Shown: positions 1-8,511, counted from the stretch's first letter. The stretch is 32,000 nucleotides of DNA from Methanothermobacter marburgensis str. Marburg (GCF_000145295.1 NC_014408.1:1020001-1052000), one strand, 5' to 3'. The notes: generated by a model not told the origin, from the sequence alone. Made by a program: numbers and translations.

Positions 1-143
1 CCTCAAGCATATGTGAGGTGGAGGCCATGAAACACCATGAAAGGCCAGTATACGGTATACAGTTCCACCCTGAGGTACACCATACACAGGATGGTCACCG
101 GGTCTTCGAAAACTTCCATGAGGTCTGTGAAAACCTCCAATAG
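1..143 (+). CDS. guaAA: GMP synthase glutamine amidotransferase subunit A, 3' end only (5' part lies outside the window)
   Basis: Reading from position 3 gives [46 protein letters not shown], with the stop at 141..143. FHPE is the class-I amidotransferase His/Glu region. The subunit B gene follows directly. Confidence 0.75.
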   Translation, partial: SSICEVEAMKHHERPVYGIQFHPEVHHTQDGHRVFENFHEVCENLQ

Positions 144-319
144 AAACACCTTCAAAAAAAACCTCTGAAAACTTCCATGAAGTCCGCAGAAACATCTAAT
201 ATAAAGGTTTCATAAGAGACACCCAACATCAGGCAAAGATTTCATGGAAAAGGCTGACCTTAACATTAAATAGGAGCCACACAAATAATTAAACCAATCA
301 TTTTTATCCGGTGATATTA

Positions 320-1246
320 ATGCTGAATCCATCTGATTTTATCCAGAAAGCTGTGGAAGAGATAAGAAATACCGTGGGTGATGAAAAGGCAATAATAGCA
401 CTCTCAGGAGGAGTTGACAGTTCAGTGGCCTCTGTACTTGCAGGTAAGGCCATAGGTGATAACCTGACAGCGGTCTTCGTTGACCATGGACTCCTCAGGG
501 AGGGCGAGGCAGAATACGTGAAGAAAACCTTCAGTGATAGGCTTAACTTCCGATACATTGATGCATCAGACGAGTTCCTGGGGGAACTTGAGGGTGTGAC
601 GGACCCTGAGGAGAAACGCAAGATAATCGGGAGGGTCTTCATTGAGGTCTTTGAACGCGTTGCAGAGGAGATAGGCGCGAGGTACCTGGTGCAGGGTACC
701 ATAGCCCCCGACTGGATCGAGAGTGAGGGTAAGATAAAATCCCACCACAACGTTGCACTCCCCCATGGACTGGTGCTTGAGATAGTGGAACCAATAAGGG
801 AACTGTACAAGGATGAGGTGCGGGAAATTGGCCTTGAACTCGGCCTTCCCCGTGAGATGATCCAGAGGCAGCCATTCCCTGGTCCTGGACTTGCGGTGAG
901 GATCGTGGGTGAGATAACCAGGGAGAAAATAGAGATATGCAGGAGGGCCAACGCCATCGTGGAGGAGGAGGTCCTTGAAAGCGGACTCCATGAGAGCCTC
1001 TGGCAGTACTTTGCTGTGCTCACAGACACCATGGTGACCGGTGTTAAGGGTGATGTGAGGGACTTCGGCTACCTCGTGGTCATAAGGATGGTTGAATCCC
1101 TTGATGCAATGACCGCCAGTGTCCCTGAACTCCCCTGGGACCTTGTGAAGAGGATATCAAAGCGTATAACCTCCGAGATACCTGAGGTTACACATGTGGC
1201 GCTTTCTGTGAGCGATAAGCCGCCAAGCACCATTGAATTTGCCTGA
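320..1246 (+). CDS. guaAB: GMP synthase subunit B (ATP pyrophosphatase, PP-loop)
   Basis: The ORF contains the PP-loop SGGVDSSV and a GMP synthase C-terminal dimerisation-type tail. The ORF track starts at GTG 311, but that GTG lies inside the GGTGAT Shine-Dalgarno (SD) sequence, 4 nt before ATG 320. Confidence 0.9.
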   Translation: MLNPSDFIQKAVEEIRNTVGDEKAIIALSGGVDSSVASVLAGKAIGDNLTAVFVDHGLLREGEAEYVKKTFSDRLNFRYIDASDEFLGELEGVTDPEEKRKIIGRVFIEVFERVAEEIGARYLVQGTIAPDWIESEGKIKSHHNVALPHGLVLEIVEPIRELYKDEVREIGLELGLPREMIQRQPFPGPGLAVRIVGEITREKIEICRRANAIVEEEVLESGLHESLWQYFAVLTDTMVTGVKGDVRDFGYLVVIRMVESLDAMTASVPELPWDLVKRISKRITSEIPEVTHVALSVSDKPPSTIEFA

Positions 1247-1505
1247 ATTAGATTTGAAATTTGAGACATCCTCCATTATTCTTTCCATTATCACCATCCC
1301 GGTGAGTTTCCCGCAAATACCATCTTTTTATCATCTATCATGTCTGAATGGGGAGTTCCATTGTCTTTTAAATGACACGCAGACGATCCCTTATCATCCA
1401 TCATTGGACGGTCATGAAACACTGCAGTCATGGATCTGAGATCCCTCTAAAAAGATGAATGATTATAATATAATCTAATATACATTTAAGAACATATTTC
1501 CACTC

Positions 1506-1961
1506 ATGAGTGAAAAAATACCCATATTCTCCGCTGCAGGTGGAAATGTTGAGATGGTTGAAAAGATCGAATTAACCGTTGAGGAGTGGCGGGAGATACT
1601 CGAACCCGAGGCCTTCCGTGTTGCAAGGTGCGGAGGCACAGAACCTCCATTCACAGGCGAATACCATGACTTCCATGGTGACGGTATATACCGCTGCGTA
1701 TGCTGCGGCACAGACCTTTTTGACTCAGAAACCAAATTTGATTCAGGCACAGGATGGCCAAGCTTCTATGACACCATATCAGAGTACAATGTGGAACTCA
1801 GGGAGGACCGGAGCCTTGGAATGGTGCGCTGTGAGGTCCTCTGTGCGAGGTGCGGCGCCCATCTTGGCCATGTATTCGATGACGGCCCCCTGCCAACAGG
1901 TAAGAGGTACTGTATGAACTCAGCGGCACTTAAATTCATCCCAAGGAGCCAGATACGCTGA
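1506..1961 (+). CDS. msrB: Peptide-methionine (R)-S-oxide reductase MsrB
   Basis: SelR/MsrB signatures are present: CVCCG and CARCG zinc CxxC pairs, GWPSF, and [21 protein letters not shown]...RYCMNS. Confidence 0.9.
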   Translation: MSEKIPIFSAAGGNVEMVEKIELTVEEWREILEPEAFRVARCGGTEPPFTGEYHDFHGDGIYRCVCCGTDLFDSETKFDSGTGWPSFYDTISEYNVELREDRSLGMVRCEVLCARCGAHLGHVFDDGPLPTGKRYCMNSAALKFIPRSQIR

Positions 1962-1991
1962 GGTTCAAATATAGAGGCCTGGAGGCATTTA

Positions 1992-2222
1992 ATGGCTGAG
2001 GACTTTGGAAGGTACTGGGTGGCCGGACTCATAATGGCCGTTGCCGGTGGTATGCTGAACACCCTCACCTACATCATAGGAACCTGGAGGCCGGAACAGT
2101 ATCCCGAGTGGCTACTGGGAATACTCACAGGTGCCATAGGTATCACCATGTTCATCCTGGTACCCTGGATCTACGGGAGGCTAGTGGAGTTCATATACAT
2201 GAGGTTCATAGCCAGGAGCTGA
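1992..2222 (+). CDS. Small two-TM membrane protein, function unknown
   Basis: 76-aa ORF with two hydrophobic helices (WVAGLIMAVAGGMLNTL and LLGILTGAIGITMFILVPW). I recognise no family. Confidence 0.45.
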   Translation: MAEDFGRYWVAGLIMAVAGGMLNTLTYIIGTWRPEQYPEWLLGILTGAIGITMFILVPWIYGRLVEFIYMRFIARS

Positions 2223-2377
2223 AGAAAAACCCTAGCTAAACACCCCTGAGTAAGGCCACCCCTCAAGAGATAGAAGAAACAGAGCTGAAGAAAAACCCTA
2301 GCTAAACACCCCTGAGTAAGGCCACCCCTCAAGAGATAGAAGAAACAGAGCTGAAGAAAAACCCTGGCTAGACACCC
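2216..2377. repeat. 66-bp tandem repeat, 2 identical copies plus a partial third, filling a convergent intergenic spacer
   Basis: 2221..2286 and 2287..2352 are identical. 2353..2377 matches with 2 mismatches. The stop of 1992..2222 and the stop of 2368..2745 both lie inside repeat units. Confidence 0.95.
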
Positions 2378-2745
2378 ATCATTGAAGCTGCCTCGTTGAG
2401 GAGCTCATTGGCCTCATTTATCATGAGACCCGCATGGACAAAGTGGTCATCATCACCATCATCATAGAACCTCATGAACTCCCTCAGAGAATCCCTGTAA
2501 ATCCCCGCCGCCCTGAGGATCGTGCTGTGCGCACCCTCCAGTCCAGGATCCGGGACTTCAACCCTTATATCATTGAATATTTCACTTAAGGAACGTTCGA
2601 TATCCATAAATTCCTCTTTGAGTTCCTCAGGATTCTTCCCGCCCTTCAGAAGGAGAAGGTTACCCCTGAATCGGTTCACATTGTACCCTATCCTCTGGAC
2701 ATGCCTCTGCATACTTTCAGTGTACATAGGACCTCCCCATTTCAA
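2368..2745 (-). CDS. Hypothetical acidic helical protein
   Basis: 125-aa ORF from TTG 2745. An alternative ATG at 2727 is preceded by GGAGGT. I recognise no family. Confidence 0.5.
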   Translation of the reverse strand: MKWGGPMYTESMQRHVQRIGYNVNRFRGNLLLLKGGKNPEELKEEFMDIERSLSEIFNDIRVEVPDPGLEGAHSTILRAAGIYRDSLREFMRFYDDGDDDHFVHAGLMINEANELLNEAASMMGV

Positions 2746-2951
2746 TCTAAGTGTCCTTCTGAAAAATAGATTTCCATTTATTCCCTATATTCAAGTGTAC
2801 CATGTTCCTGCAGTAGTATCATACGGATGACGTGTATGAGAAGGAGGATATGTTGTGCCGTTCAATCTTATCCCCATCATTTATTTTTTTTGATCCATAT
2901 GAGTGTTATGGCGATTATTGTGCCGAACCATACAGCTGCAGGCACTATAGG

Positions 2952-3197
2952 CTATAAGGCCTGATAAATCCATCTCATTTTTAGGTATGTGAGGAAGGCG
3001 AGTGTTCCTGCGAAAACCATCACTGGAATCATTATGTCTATGATTTCATCGTCTGGGTCGCTTAGAACCGCCATCTTATCTAGCAGCCTATTATGATATC
3101 TGTCTGTTCTTCTCTGATACTGCAGAAAACTTGTACATGTTCTATACAAGAATATAACGAAATAAAATACACCTGAAAAACCAACTCCATAACTCAC
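2952..3197 (-). CDS. Small two-TM membrane protein at the distal end of the cassette locus
   Basis: 81-aa ORF with a GTG start and two hydrophobic segments. It starts 3 nt after the stop (3201..3203) of an unlisted 37-codon ORF, MTNTKLHKILFIDENPAPGAEDADYTIGRVGGYNGHY (about 3201..3314). Confidence 0.4.
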   Translation of the reverse strand: MSYGVGFSGVFYFVIFLYRTCTSFLQYQRRTDRYHNRLLDKMAVLSDPDDEIIDIMIPVMVFAGTLAFLTYLKMRWIYQAL

Positions 3198-3327
3198 ATG
3201 TCAGTAATGGCCGTTATACCCGCCCACCCGTCCAATAGTATAGTCTGCGTCCTCTGCTCCGGGCGCGGGATTTTCATCTATAAAGAGTATCTTATGTAAC
3301 TTTGTATTTGTCATAAAATGATTCTTG

Positions 3328-3344
3328 TTTACATAATGATTCTT
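3328..3344. repeat. 17-nt direct repeat tttacataatgattctt, left copy (right copy at 11433..11449)
   Basis: Exact 17/17 match read from the sequence. A degenerate third copy, tcataaaatgattctt, lies at 3311..3326. Confidence 0.8.
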
Positions 3345-3586
3345 GAGGAGTTTATTTTGTCATGCTTGAAAATAAAATATGTGGAGGCCGAGAAGAAAAC
3401 TTTGATAGTCGCTTTTTTGGGAACCTGATATCCCCTTTTGGGTTTGTGTAGTGTGGTGTTTGATCCACTTTCAGGTTATCTGGGAATGGGGGATGAGATT
3501 GGAGGCTGCTATTTGGAGGCTAGAAATGCCCTGAGCCTCTTTATTTTGGTATTGGCTTGTTGGTTTGTTGTTGGGTTTAACGCTCC

Positions 3587-3865
3587 TCAATGATATAGCC
3601 GAGAAAGGAGAAGTACACCTACTAGGAGCATTATAACAAAAAGTGTTTCGATCACACCTTTTTCCTCGCCTCTGAACACCTTCTTCGACAGAAAATAGAT
3701 TAGCAAAAACATATTTCCCAGTAAAAGACACGTTAACAATATAATAGGTAGTTCAGGCCTAGTAGGCAGTAAAGCCAACCTACTACCCGTAAACAGTAAA
3801 ACCAACAAAATTGTAAAACACGATAACGACCCCAAAAAATAAAAAAGCTTAGATGTATGCTGCAT
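3587..3865 (-). CDS. Small 3-TM membrane protein, type-2 partner (immunity-like) of orphan cassette 3849..4256
   Basis: 92-aa ORF. Its ATG overlaps the last codons of the cassette and is preceded by GAGGTG with a 5-nt spacer. It shares NMFLLIY.L.K...E......G with 4387..4629. Confidence 0.6.
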   Translation of the reverse strand: MQHTSKLFYFLGSLSCFTILLVLLFTGSRLALLPTRPELPIILLTCLLLGNMFLLIYFLSKKVFRGEEKGVIETLFVIMLLVGVLLLSRLYH

Positions 3866-4256
3866 CCTCCCACCTCAAACTACCATCAGGATTCTTCGGT
3901 ATTTCAATATAGTGTATACAATGATCCTCACCAACATAACTTCTCAACTCATAACCATAAATCCAGGTACGATGAATCGAAATATACTTCCAATATTCTT
4001 GGGGAAGATAATGAGTCCGTATCCTTAAAATCAAATCACCTTCAGCCACTATCACACTTATAAAACCCAAAGGACCCATAACAGCAGTGACACCGGCAAC
4101 AGTTGCAATATCTAATATACCATGGAAAACATCCTCTAGAATGCATGTTTGGTGTTCTATGATGAATTTTTTGATATCGTCTGTGATGTTTAGGAGGCCT
4201 GTGTAGGCTATTATTGTTGCATATGCTGCCATGTTGAGTCCTATAAATCCCTCCAC
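3849..4256 (-). CDS. Orphan C-terminal cassette D (5'-truncated copy of the 837-aa gene tail; variable window type 2); possibly a silent cassette
   Basis: 135 aa from GTG 4256, with no SD. 4141..4244 is the constant 5' block, 4011..4139 the variable window and 3852..4010 the constant tail. 3843..4013 matches 5513..5683 with 1 mismatch. Confidence 0.55.
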   Translation of the reverse strand: MEGFIGLNMAAYATIIAYTGLLNITDDIKKFIIEHQTCILEDVFHGILDIATVAGVTAVMGPLGFISVIVAEGDLILRIRTHYLPQEYWKYISIHRTWIYGYELRSYVGEDHCIHYIEIPKNPDGSLRWEDAAYI

Positions 4257-4386
4257 AAGAGCATAATTGAGGATATCCTGGAATGTAAATCCACATAGAC
4301 TTCAACATTATCATGAGTTGTGATATTTTTTATAGGTTTTTTCTAAGATTTTCCAGTTTTTTTGGGCGTGGGGGGCTGCTTTTCTT

Positions 4387-4629
4387 TTATGCAAGGCCAA
4401 AGAAGCCTATAATTACAAGCAAGCCTCCAAGTGCTCTGACAGTTTCATTTTCAGTTTTTCCCAACTCATCCTTGCCTAATAGGTAAATTAAGAGAAACAT
4501 GTTCACTATGTAAATGGAATAGACAATTAATTTGCTGATAATATAGGGGAAACGGAGACTAACCACAACCAATGCAGCAGTAAAATAAGAAAGGAAATAA
4601 CTAAAATAAAAAATGTACTTTACCATCAT
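4387..4629 (-). CDS. Small 3-TM membrane protein, type-2 partner (immunity-like) of orphan cassette 4643..5146
   Basis: 80-aa ORF. AGGAGG lies 5 nt before the ATGATG start, which is 13 nt after the cassette stop. It is a paralogue of 3587..3865. Confidence 0.65.
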   Translation of the reverse strand: MMVKYIFYFSYFLSYFTAALVVVSLRFPYIISKLIVYSIYIVNMFLLIYLLGKDELGKTENETVRALGGLLVIIGFFGLA

Positions 4630-4642
4630 ATCATCCTCCTAA

Positions 4643-5146
4643 TCAGATATACACTGCTTCATCCCATCTTAAAGTACCATCTGGGTTCTTTGGGATTTCA
4701 ATGTAGTGTATGCAATGGTCTTCGCCAACATAAATTTTAAGTTCATAACCATGCCGCCAAGTTCTATGGTAAGAAACATATTTCCAATATTCAGTTGGAA
4801 GATAATTCGTTCTTACATTCACAATTAAATCACCTTCTGCTAATAGTAGAGAAGCAATCGAAAAAATACCACTTGCCAAGGTGACACCTTCACTACTAAG
4901 CTCTTTTAAACTCCATATAAAAAGAATCCCATCTATAATGTCCCCTCCAATGCATGTTTGGTGTTCTATGATGAATTTTTTGATATCGTCTGTGATGTTT
5001 AGGAGGCCTGTGTAGGCTATTATTGTTGCATATGCTGCCATGTTGAGTCCTATGAGGCTGGCCCTACATAATCGAAAAAGAGGGTTTAGGATGGAAAGGT
5101 ACATGGAGGTTACAAAGCCCAATATAAGCCTTCTTAGTACTATCAT
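4643..5146 (-). CDS. Orphan C-terminal cassette C (variable window type 2) with a decayed, frameshifted 5' remnant
   Basis: 167-aa ORF. The constant block is 4950..5053, the variable window 4805..4948 (48 codons) and the constant tail 4646..4804. Upstream, 5100..5180 is homologous to 5985..6065 but carries a 1-nt insertion, so the first ~10 codons are out of the ancestral frame. Confidence 0.5.
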   Translation of the reverse strand: MIVLRRLILGFVTSMYLSILNPLFRLCRASLIGLNMAAYATIIAYTGLLNITDDIKKFIIEHQTCIGGDIIDGILFIWSLKELSSEGVTLASGIFSIASLLLAEGDLIVNVRTNYLPTEYWKYVSYHRTWRHGYELKIYVGEDHCIHYIEIPKNPDGTLRWDEAVYI

Positions 5147-5161
5147 CTAAACCTTCAAGGT

Positions 5162-5407
5162 TTACAGTGCTGTTGCCATCCAGGAAAAGGACGAGCCTAC
5201 TACAAAGGTTATGGCCATTAACCATCGTATTTCATCCTCTCTTTCCTTCAATTTGAATTGGAGCCAGAATAGAAGAGAAAAAATGAACAAGCCTAAAAGG
5301 TCTGCTATTGGAATCAAACCATTAAAATGTTTAATTCCAATGGAAAATAAAATAATATCGAGACAAAGAAGGGAATAAAGTATATCGAGCAAAGATTCAT
5401 AATCCAA
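5162..5407 (-). CDS. Small 3-TM membrane protein, type-1 partner (immunity-like)
   Basis: 81-aa ORF with a TTG start preceded by GGAGGTG (7-nt spacer). It shares LDYES and L(K/E)E(K/R)E.EIRW.M....VG with 8512..8787. Its last ~7 codons run into a remnant of cassette sequence. Confidence 0.6.
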   Translation of the reverse strand: MDYESLLDILYSLLCLDIILFSIGIKHFNGLIPIADLLGLFIFSLLFWLQFKLKEREDEIRWLMAITFVVGSSFSWMATAL

Positions 5408-5519
5408 GAAAAGACACCTCCTATATCATCCACTTAGACTACCCCATTAGGGTTCGTTTGAGAATTTTAGCCCCATATAGTTGCCGCGGATCGTAAAATA
5501 CGCCAAAAACTGAAAAAGC

Positions 5520-6167
5520 TTAGATGTATACTGCATCCTCCCACCTCAAACTACCATCAGGATTCTTCGGTATTTCAATATAGTGTATACAATGATCCTC
5601 ACCAACATAACTTCTCAACTCATAACCATAAATCCAGGTACGATGAATCGAAATATACTTCCAATATTCTTGGGGAAGATAATGATCTCTAAATGTAAGT
5701 ATGCCATCACCTATCCGCATACACCATCCAATTGGTTGAAATATTTCACCACCATACCTTACTAACACATATGCCAAAACCTGGATCAAACAGTGAGCAG
5801 TATCTTCTGAGATGTATGTTTGGTGTTCTATGATGAATTTTTTGATATCGTCTGTGATGTTTAGGAGGCCTGTGTAGGCTATTATTGTTGCATATGCTGC
5901 CATGTTGAGTCCTATAAATCCCTCCACAAGAGCATAATTGAGGATATCAACAAAAGCCATCGGACCTTCCAGGGCAATGTACATGGAGATTACAAGGCCA
6001 ATATAAGCCTTCTTAATACTATCATCTAAACCTTCAAGGTTTACTGTGCCATTACCATCCAAGAGCGAATCTAACTTTTCAGAGAATATTATAGTCTGGC
6101 CAAGTTCCCGAGCCCATTCTGTCTGTTGGTGGTAGTAGCAGTATGCTCCCATGAAAGCATAGATCAT
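5520..6167 (-). CDS. Orphan C-terminal cassette B (variable window type 1); the reading frame and homology continue upstream to 6300 without a start codon
   Basis: 215 aa from ATG 6167. The constant block is 5812..5915, the variable window 5682..5810 and the tail 5523..5681. The whole 5520..6300 stretch aligns to 8768..9551. Confidence 0.55.
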   Translation of the reverse strand: MIYAFMGAYCYYHQQTEWARELGQTIIFSEKLDSLLDGNGTVNLEGLDDSIKKAYIGLVISMYIALEGPMAFVDILNYALVEGFIGLNMAAYATIIAYTGLLNITDDIKKFIIEHQTYISEDTAHCLIQVLAYVLVRYGGEIFQPIGWCMRIGDGILTFRDHYLPQEYWKYISIHRTWIYGYELRSYVGEDHCIHYIEIPKNPDGSLRWEDAVYI

Positions 6168-6300
6168 GTCCCTTACTATCCCTGTTACATGGTCTATGAT
6201 GAGGTATCTTCCCTGCCCGTCACTGATAAGCGTGTAATTCTCGCTTTCGAGGATGTTTAGTGACCCGCCGTTGAGGAGTGTTAGGCCTATTCCTGTTGTG
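5520..6300 (-). repeat. 781-bp duplicate of the 3' end of the 837-aa gene (partner copy 8768..9551)
   Basis: Read by eye, 5916..6300 is almost identical to 9164..9551. The copies diverge in the variable window and homology ends abruptly at 6300/9551. Confidence 0.9.
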
Positions 6301-6327
6301 TGGAGGTTTTGATCCTGGGATTTGGGT

Positions 6328-7548
6328 TTATGGTTGATTTTTTTGGATGGTGAGTTCTTTCAGGGCTTTTTTGGCTTTTTTGTATTCTGGGTCTATTTTC
6401 AGGGATTTTTCGTAGCATTTTAGTGCTTCTTTGTGTTTGCCGAGTTTTTGTAGTGTTTTTCCTTGCATGTACCATAGTGTTTTGTTTTGCGGGTTTAGTT
6501 TGAGGGCTTTCTTGTAGCATTTCAGGGATTCCTCTGGTTCTTTGAGGTCTTCTAGGATTATGCCTTTCCATTTCCATGCATCAGCGAATTCTGGGTTTAT
6601 TTCAAGGGCTTTTTGAAAGCATTCCAGCGCATCCTCATATTTTCCAAGTTCTTCGAGGACTAGTCCTTTGTTGTTCCATGTTTTGTCGTCTTCTGGATCT
6701 ATTTCCAGGGCTTTTTCATAGCATTCCAGTGCCTCCTCATATCTCCCAAGTTCACTGAGGACTACTCCTTTATTGTTCCATGCTTCTGCAAGTTTGGGGT
6801 TTATCTGTAATGCTTTTTCATAGCATTCTAGTGACTCATCATATCTCCCAAGTTCATTGAAAACTAGTCCTTTGTTGTTCCAAGCTTTATCATCTTGTGG
6901 ATTTAATTGGAGAACTTTGTCATAACATTTTAATGCTTCTTCATATATCTTAAGGTTATGTAATGTTATTCCTTTAGTTCCCCAAGCTCTATAATTTTTT
7001 GGATTTAGCTCTATGGCTTTTTCGAAACATTTTAGTGCCTTTTTGTATTTTTTAAGGTAAATTAGAACGGAGCCTTTATTGTACCATGCATCTGCAAGTT
7101 TGGGGTTTATCTGTAATGCTTTTTCATAGCATTCTAGTGCCTCATCATATCTCCCAAGTTCTTTGAGGACTAGTGCTTTATTGTTCCATGCTCCTGCATA
7201 CTTTGGATTTATTTTTAGTGCTTTTTCATAGCATTCTAGTGCCTCATCATATCTCCCAAGTTCTTTGAGGACTAGTCCTTTGTTGTTCCATGCTTCTGCA
7301 AGTTTTGGATTGTTTTTGAGGATTTTTTCATAGCATTCTAAGGCTTTCTCTGGTCTTTTGAGTTTTAGTAGTGTTATTGCATTGTAGTGGAGGATTTCTG
7401 GGTTGTTTGGTCTTGCTTTGAGGGCTTTCCTGAATTCTTTGAGGGCTTCTTTGTATTTTCCCTGTTTTAGGCTTGATCGGCCCCCAGCAAGGTGCCATCC
7501 AGCCTTTCCCTCGGCTATCCAATCCTTTATTTTCTTAAGGGGGTTCAT
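6328..7548 (-). CDS. Tetratricopeptide (TPR) repeat protein, ~11 tandem 34-aa repeats; translationally coupled partner of orphan cassette E
   Basis: The repeated consensus is A(W)xNKGxxLxxLGRYDEALECYEKALxINP. Adjacent 102-bp DNA units are nearly identical (for example 7118..7190 vs 7220..7292). Its ATG overlaps the stop of 7545..8495 (ATGA). Confidence 0.85.
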   Translation of the reverse strand: MNPLKKIKDWIAEGKAGWHLAGGRSSLKQGKYKEALKEFRKALKARPNNPEILHYNAITLLKLKRPEKALECYEKILKNNPKLAEAWNNKGLVLKELGRYDEALECYEKALKINPKYAGAWNNKALVLKELGRYDEALECYEKALQINPKLADAWYNKGSVLIYLKKYKKALKCFEKAIELNPKNYRAWGTKGITLHNLKIYEEALKCYDKVLQLNPQDDKAWNNKGLVFNELGRYDESLECYEKALQINPKLAEAWNNKGVVLSELGRYEEALECYEKALEIDPEDDKTWNNKGLVLEELGKYEDALECFQKALEINPEFADAWKWKGIILEDLKEPEESLKCYKKALKLNPQNKTLWYMQGKTLQKLGKHKEALKCYEKSLKIDPEYKKAKKALKELTIQKNQP

Positions 7549-8495
7549 CCTCCAGCCTCTCTCAACTTCTTTTCTAGGTAGTTTTTGAATCCTAGTATGC
7601 AGGCTTCTATTGCTTCACGATTCTCATAGGCCAATAGGCTTCCAATAGCCATCCCAGTGCCTATTATAGTGCCTCCATGTTTTATGGCGCCCACAACATC
7701 CCCATCCTTTAAAGCCTCCTTGAACAGATCCCATTCATCCATCATGAGTTTACCTAAATTATTTATAGCCCTTCCTATATCGTCGGGATCGCCACCAACA
7801 CCACCACTGCTAATCACCCTTAGAGTATCTACGGCTTCTCTATACTCATTTATCGCTTGACTCCATTCGTCAGACTGTCTTGATAGTATTTCAAGATAGT
7901 TTTGTATTGGTTGTGTGTCTCCTGTTAGTAGTGTGTAGGCGATGAATGTTGGCAGACCAGCGGGTGAGAGTAACATCATGGCATCTTCGATGTATGGGAG
8001 CCACTCAGGATGTTCGATGAGGATATAAGCGACTATTGCAACAACTATTCCTATGCCAGCTGTCGCCGGCGCTGACAAGGCTCCTGCTTCGAGGATGGCG
8101 ACTTCAGCTCCTCCTTCGAAGCCGACGACTTCAGCTCCTGAAACACCAGCAAATCCAATGAACTTCCACAAACCGGTCTCATTCAGTAGTTCTTTTGCGA
8201 GGTTGGCTGCCCATTCTGTCTGCAGGTGGCTGAAACAATATGCCCCCATAACATTCTTAAAGATATTGACATCCCTCACTATCCCTGTTGCAGTGTCGAT
8301 GATCAGGTAGTCATTATCATAGTTTATTATGGTGTAGTTCCCAGCTTTTGTAATATTTAGTTTTTCTCCGTTCAGGAGCCTGTATGCTATGCTTGTGATC
8401 GCAGCACCTTCCATGATATCCCCTATATTGTCGAGGCTTCCATTGTATGGGAATAGGCGTTGCATTGAACTCTGAGGGGTTTGATGTCCCGACAA
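7545..8495 (-). CDS. Orphan cassette E: junction motif homologous to the 837-aa protein, followed by an unrelated glycine-zipper-rich hydrophobic C-terminal domain
   Basis: 316-aa ORF (TTG 8495, or ATG 8465; no SD). Residues ~36-96 (8208..8390) align to 9362..9541 of the full-length gene: LLNG..LNI...NYT.I....YLIID..TGIVRD....MGAYC..H.QTEWA. Downstream it is unrelated to the other cassettes (GFAGVSGAEVVGFEGGAEV..., GGTIIGTGMAIGSLLA). Confidence 0.55.
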   Translation of the reverse strand: MSGHQTPQSSMQRLFPYNGSLDNIGDIMEGAAITSIAYRLLNGEKLNITKAGNYTIINYDNDYLIIDTATGIVRDVNIFKNVMGAYCFSHLQTEWAANLAKELLNETGLWKFIGFAGVSGAEVVGFEGGAEVAILEAGALSAPATAGIGIVVAIVAYILIEHPEWLPYIEDAMMLLSPAGLPTFIAYTLLTGDTQPIQNYLEILSRQSDEWSQAINEYREAVDTLRVISSGGVGGDPDDIGRAINNLGKLMMDEWDLFKEALKDGDVVGAIKHGGTIIGTGMAIGSLLAYENREAIEACILGFKNYLEKKLREAGG

Positions 8496-8511
8496 TAATT
8501 AAATAGCCCTG

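Noticed and set aside
304-1032. Long antisense ORFs overlapping well-supported genes (for example 304..1032-, 14564..15094+, 15473..16087+, 17469..17888+, 23218..23751+, 24247..24642+, 25927..26508+, 28665..28964+).
   Set aside because: They lie opposite genes with clear family motifs. Their translations are low-complexity and Ser/Pro/Arg/Thr-rich, with no motifs or SDs. These are typical shadow ORFs.
2216-2377. Whether the 66-, 50- and 35-bp tandem repeats could be a CRISPR array.
   Set aside because: The units are directly adjacent with no unique spacers, there are only 2-3 copies, and no cas genes are present in the window.
3471-4314. ORFs 3471..3731-, 3857..4063+ and 4042..4314- overlapping cassette D and its partner.
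   Set aside because: They are out of frame relative to sequence conserved in four paralogous copies. Only the cassette and partner frames are conserved between copies.
6287-7522. Alternative-frame ORFs inside the TPR gene (6287..6577, 7328..7522, 6576..6758, 7403..7588).
   Set aside because: They are by-products of the periodic 102-bp repeat. Their translations are Lys/Arg/Pro/Thr-rich low complexity, whereas the TPR frame has a perfect 34-aa consensus.
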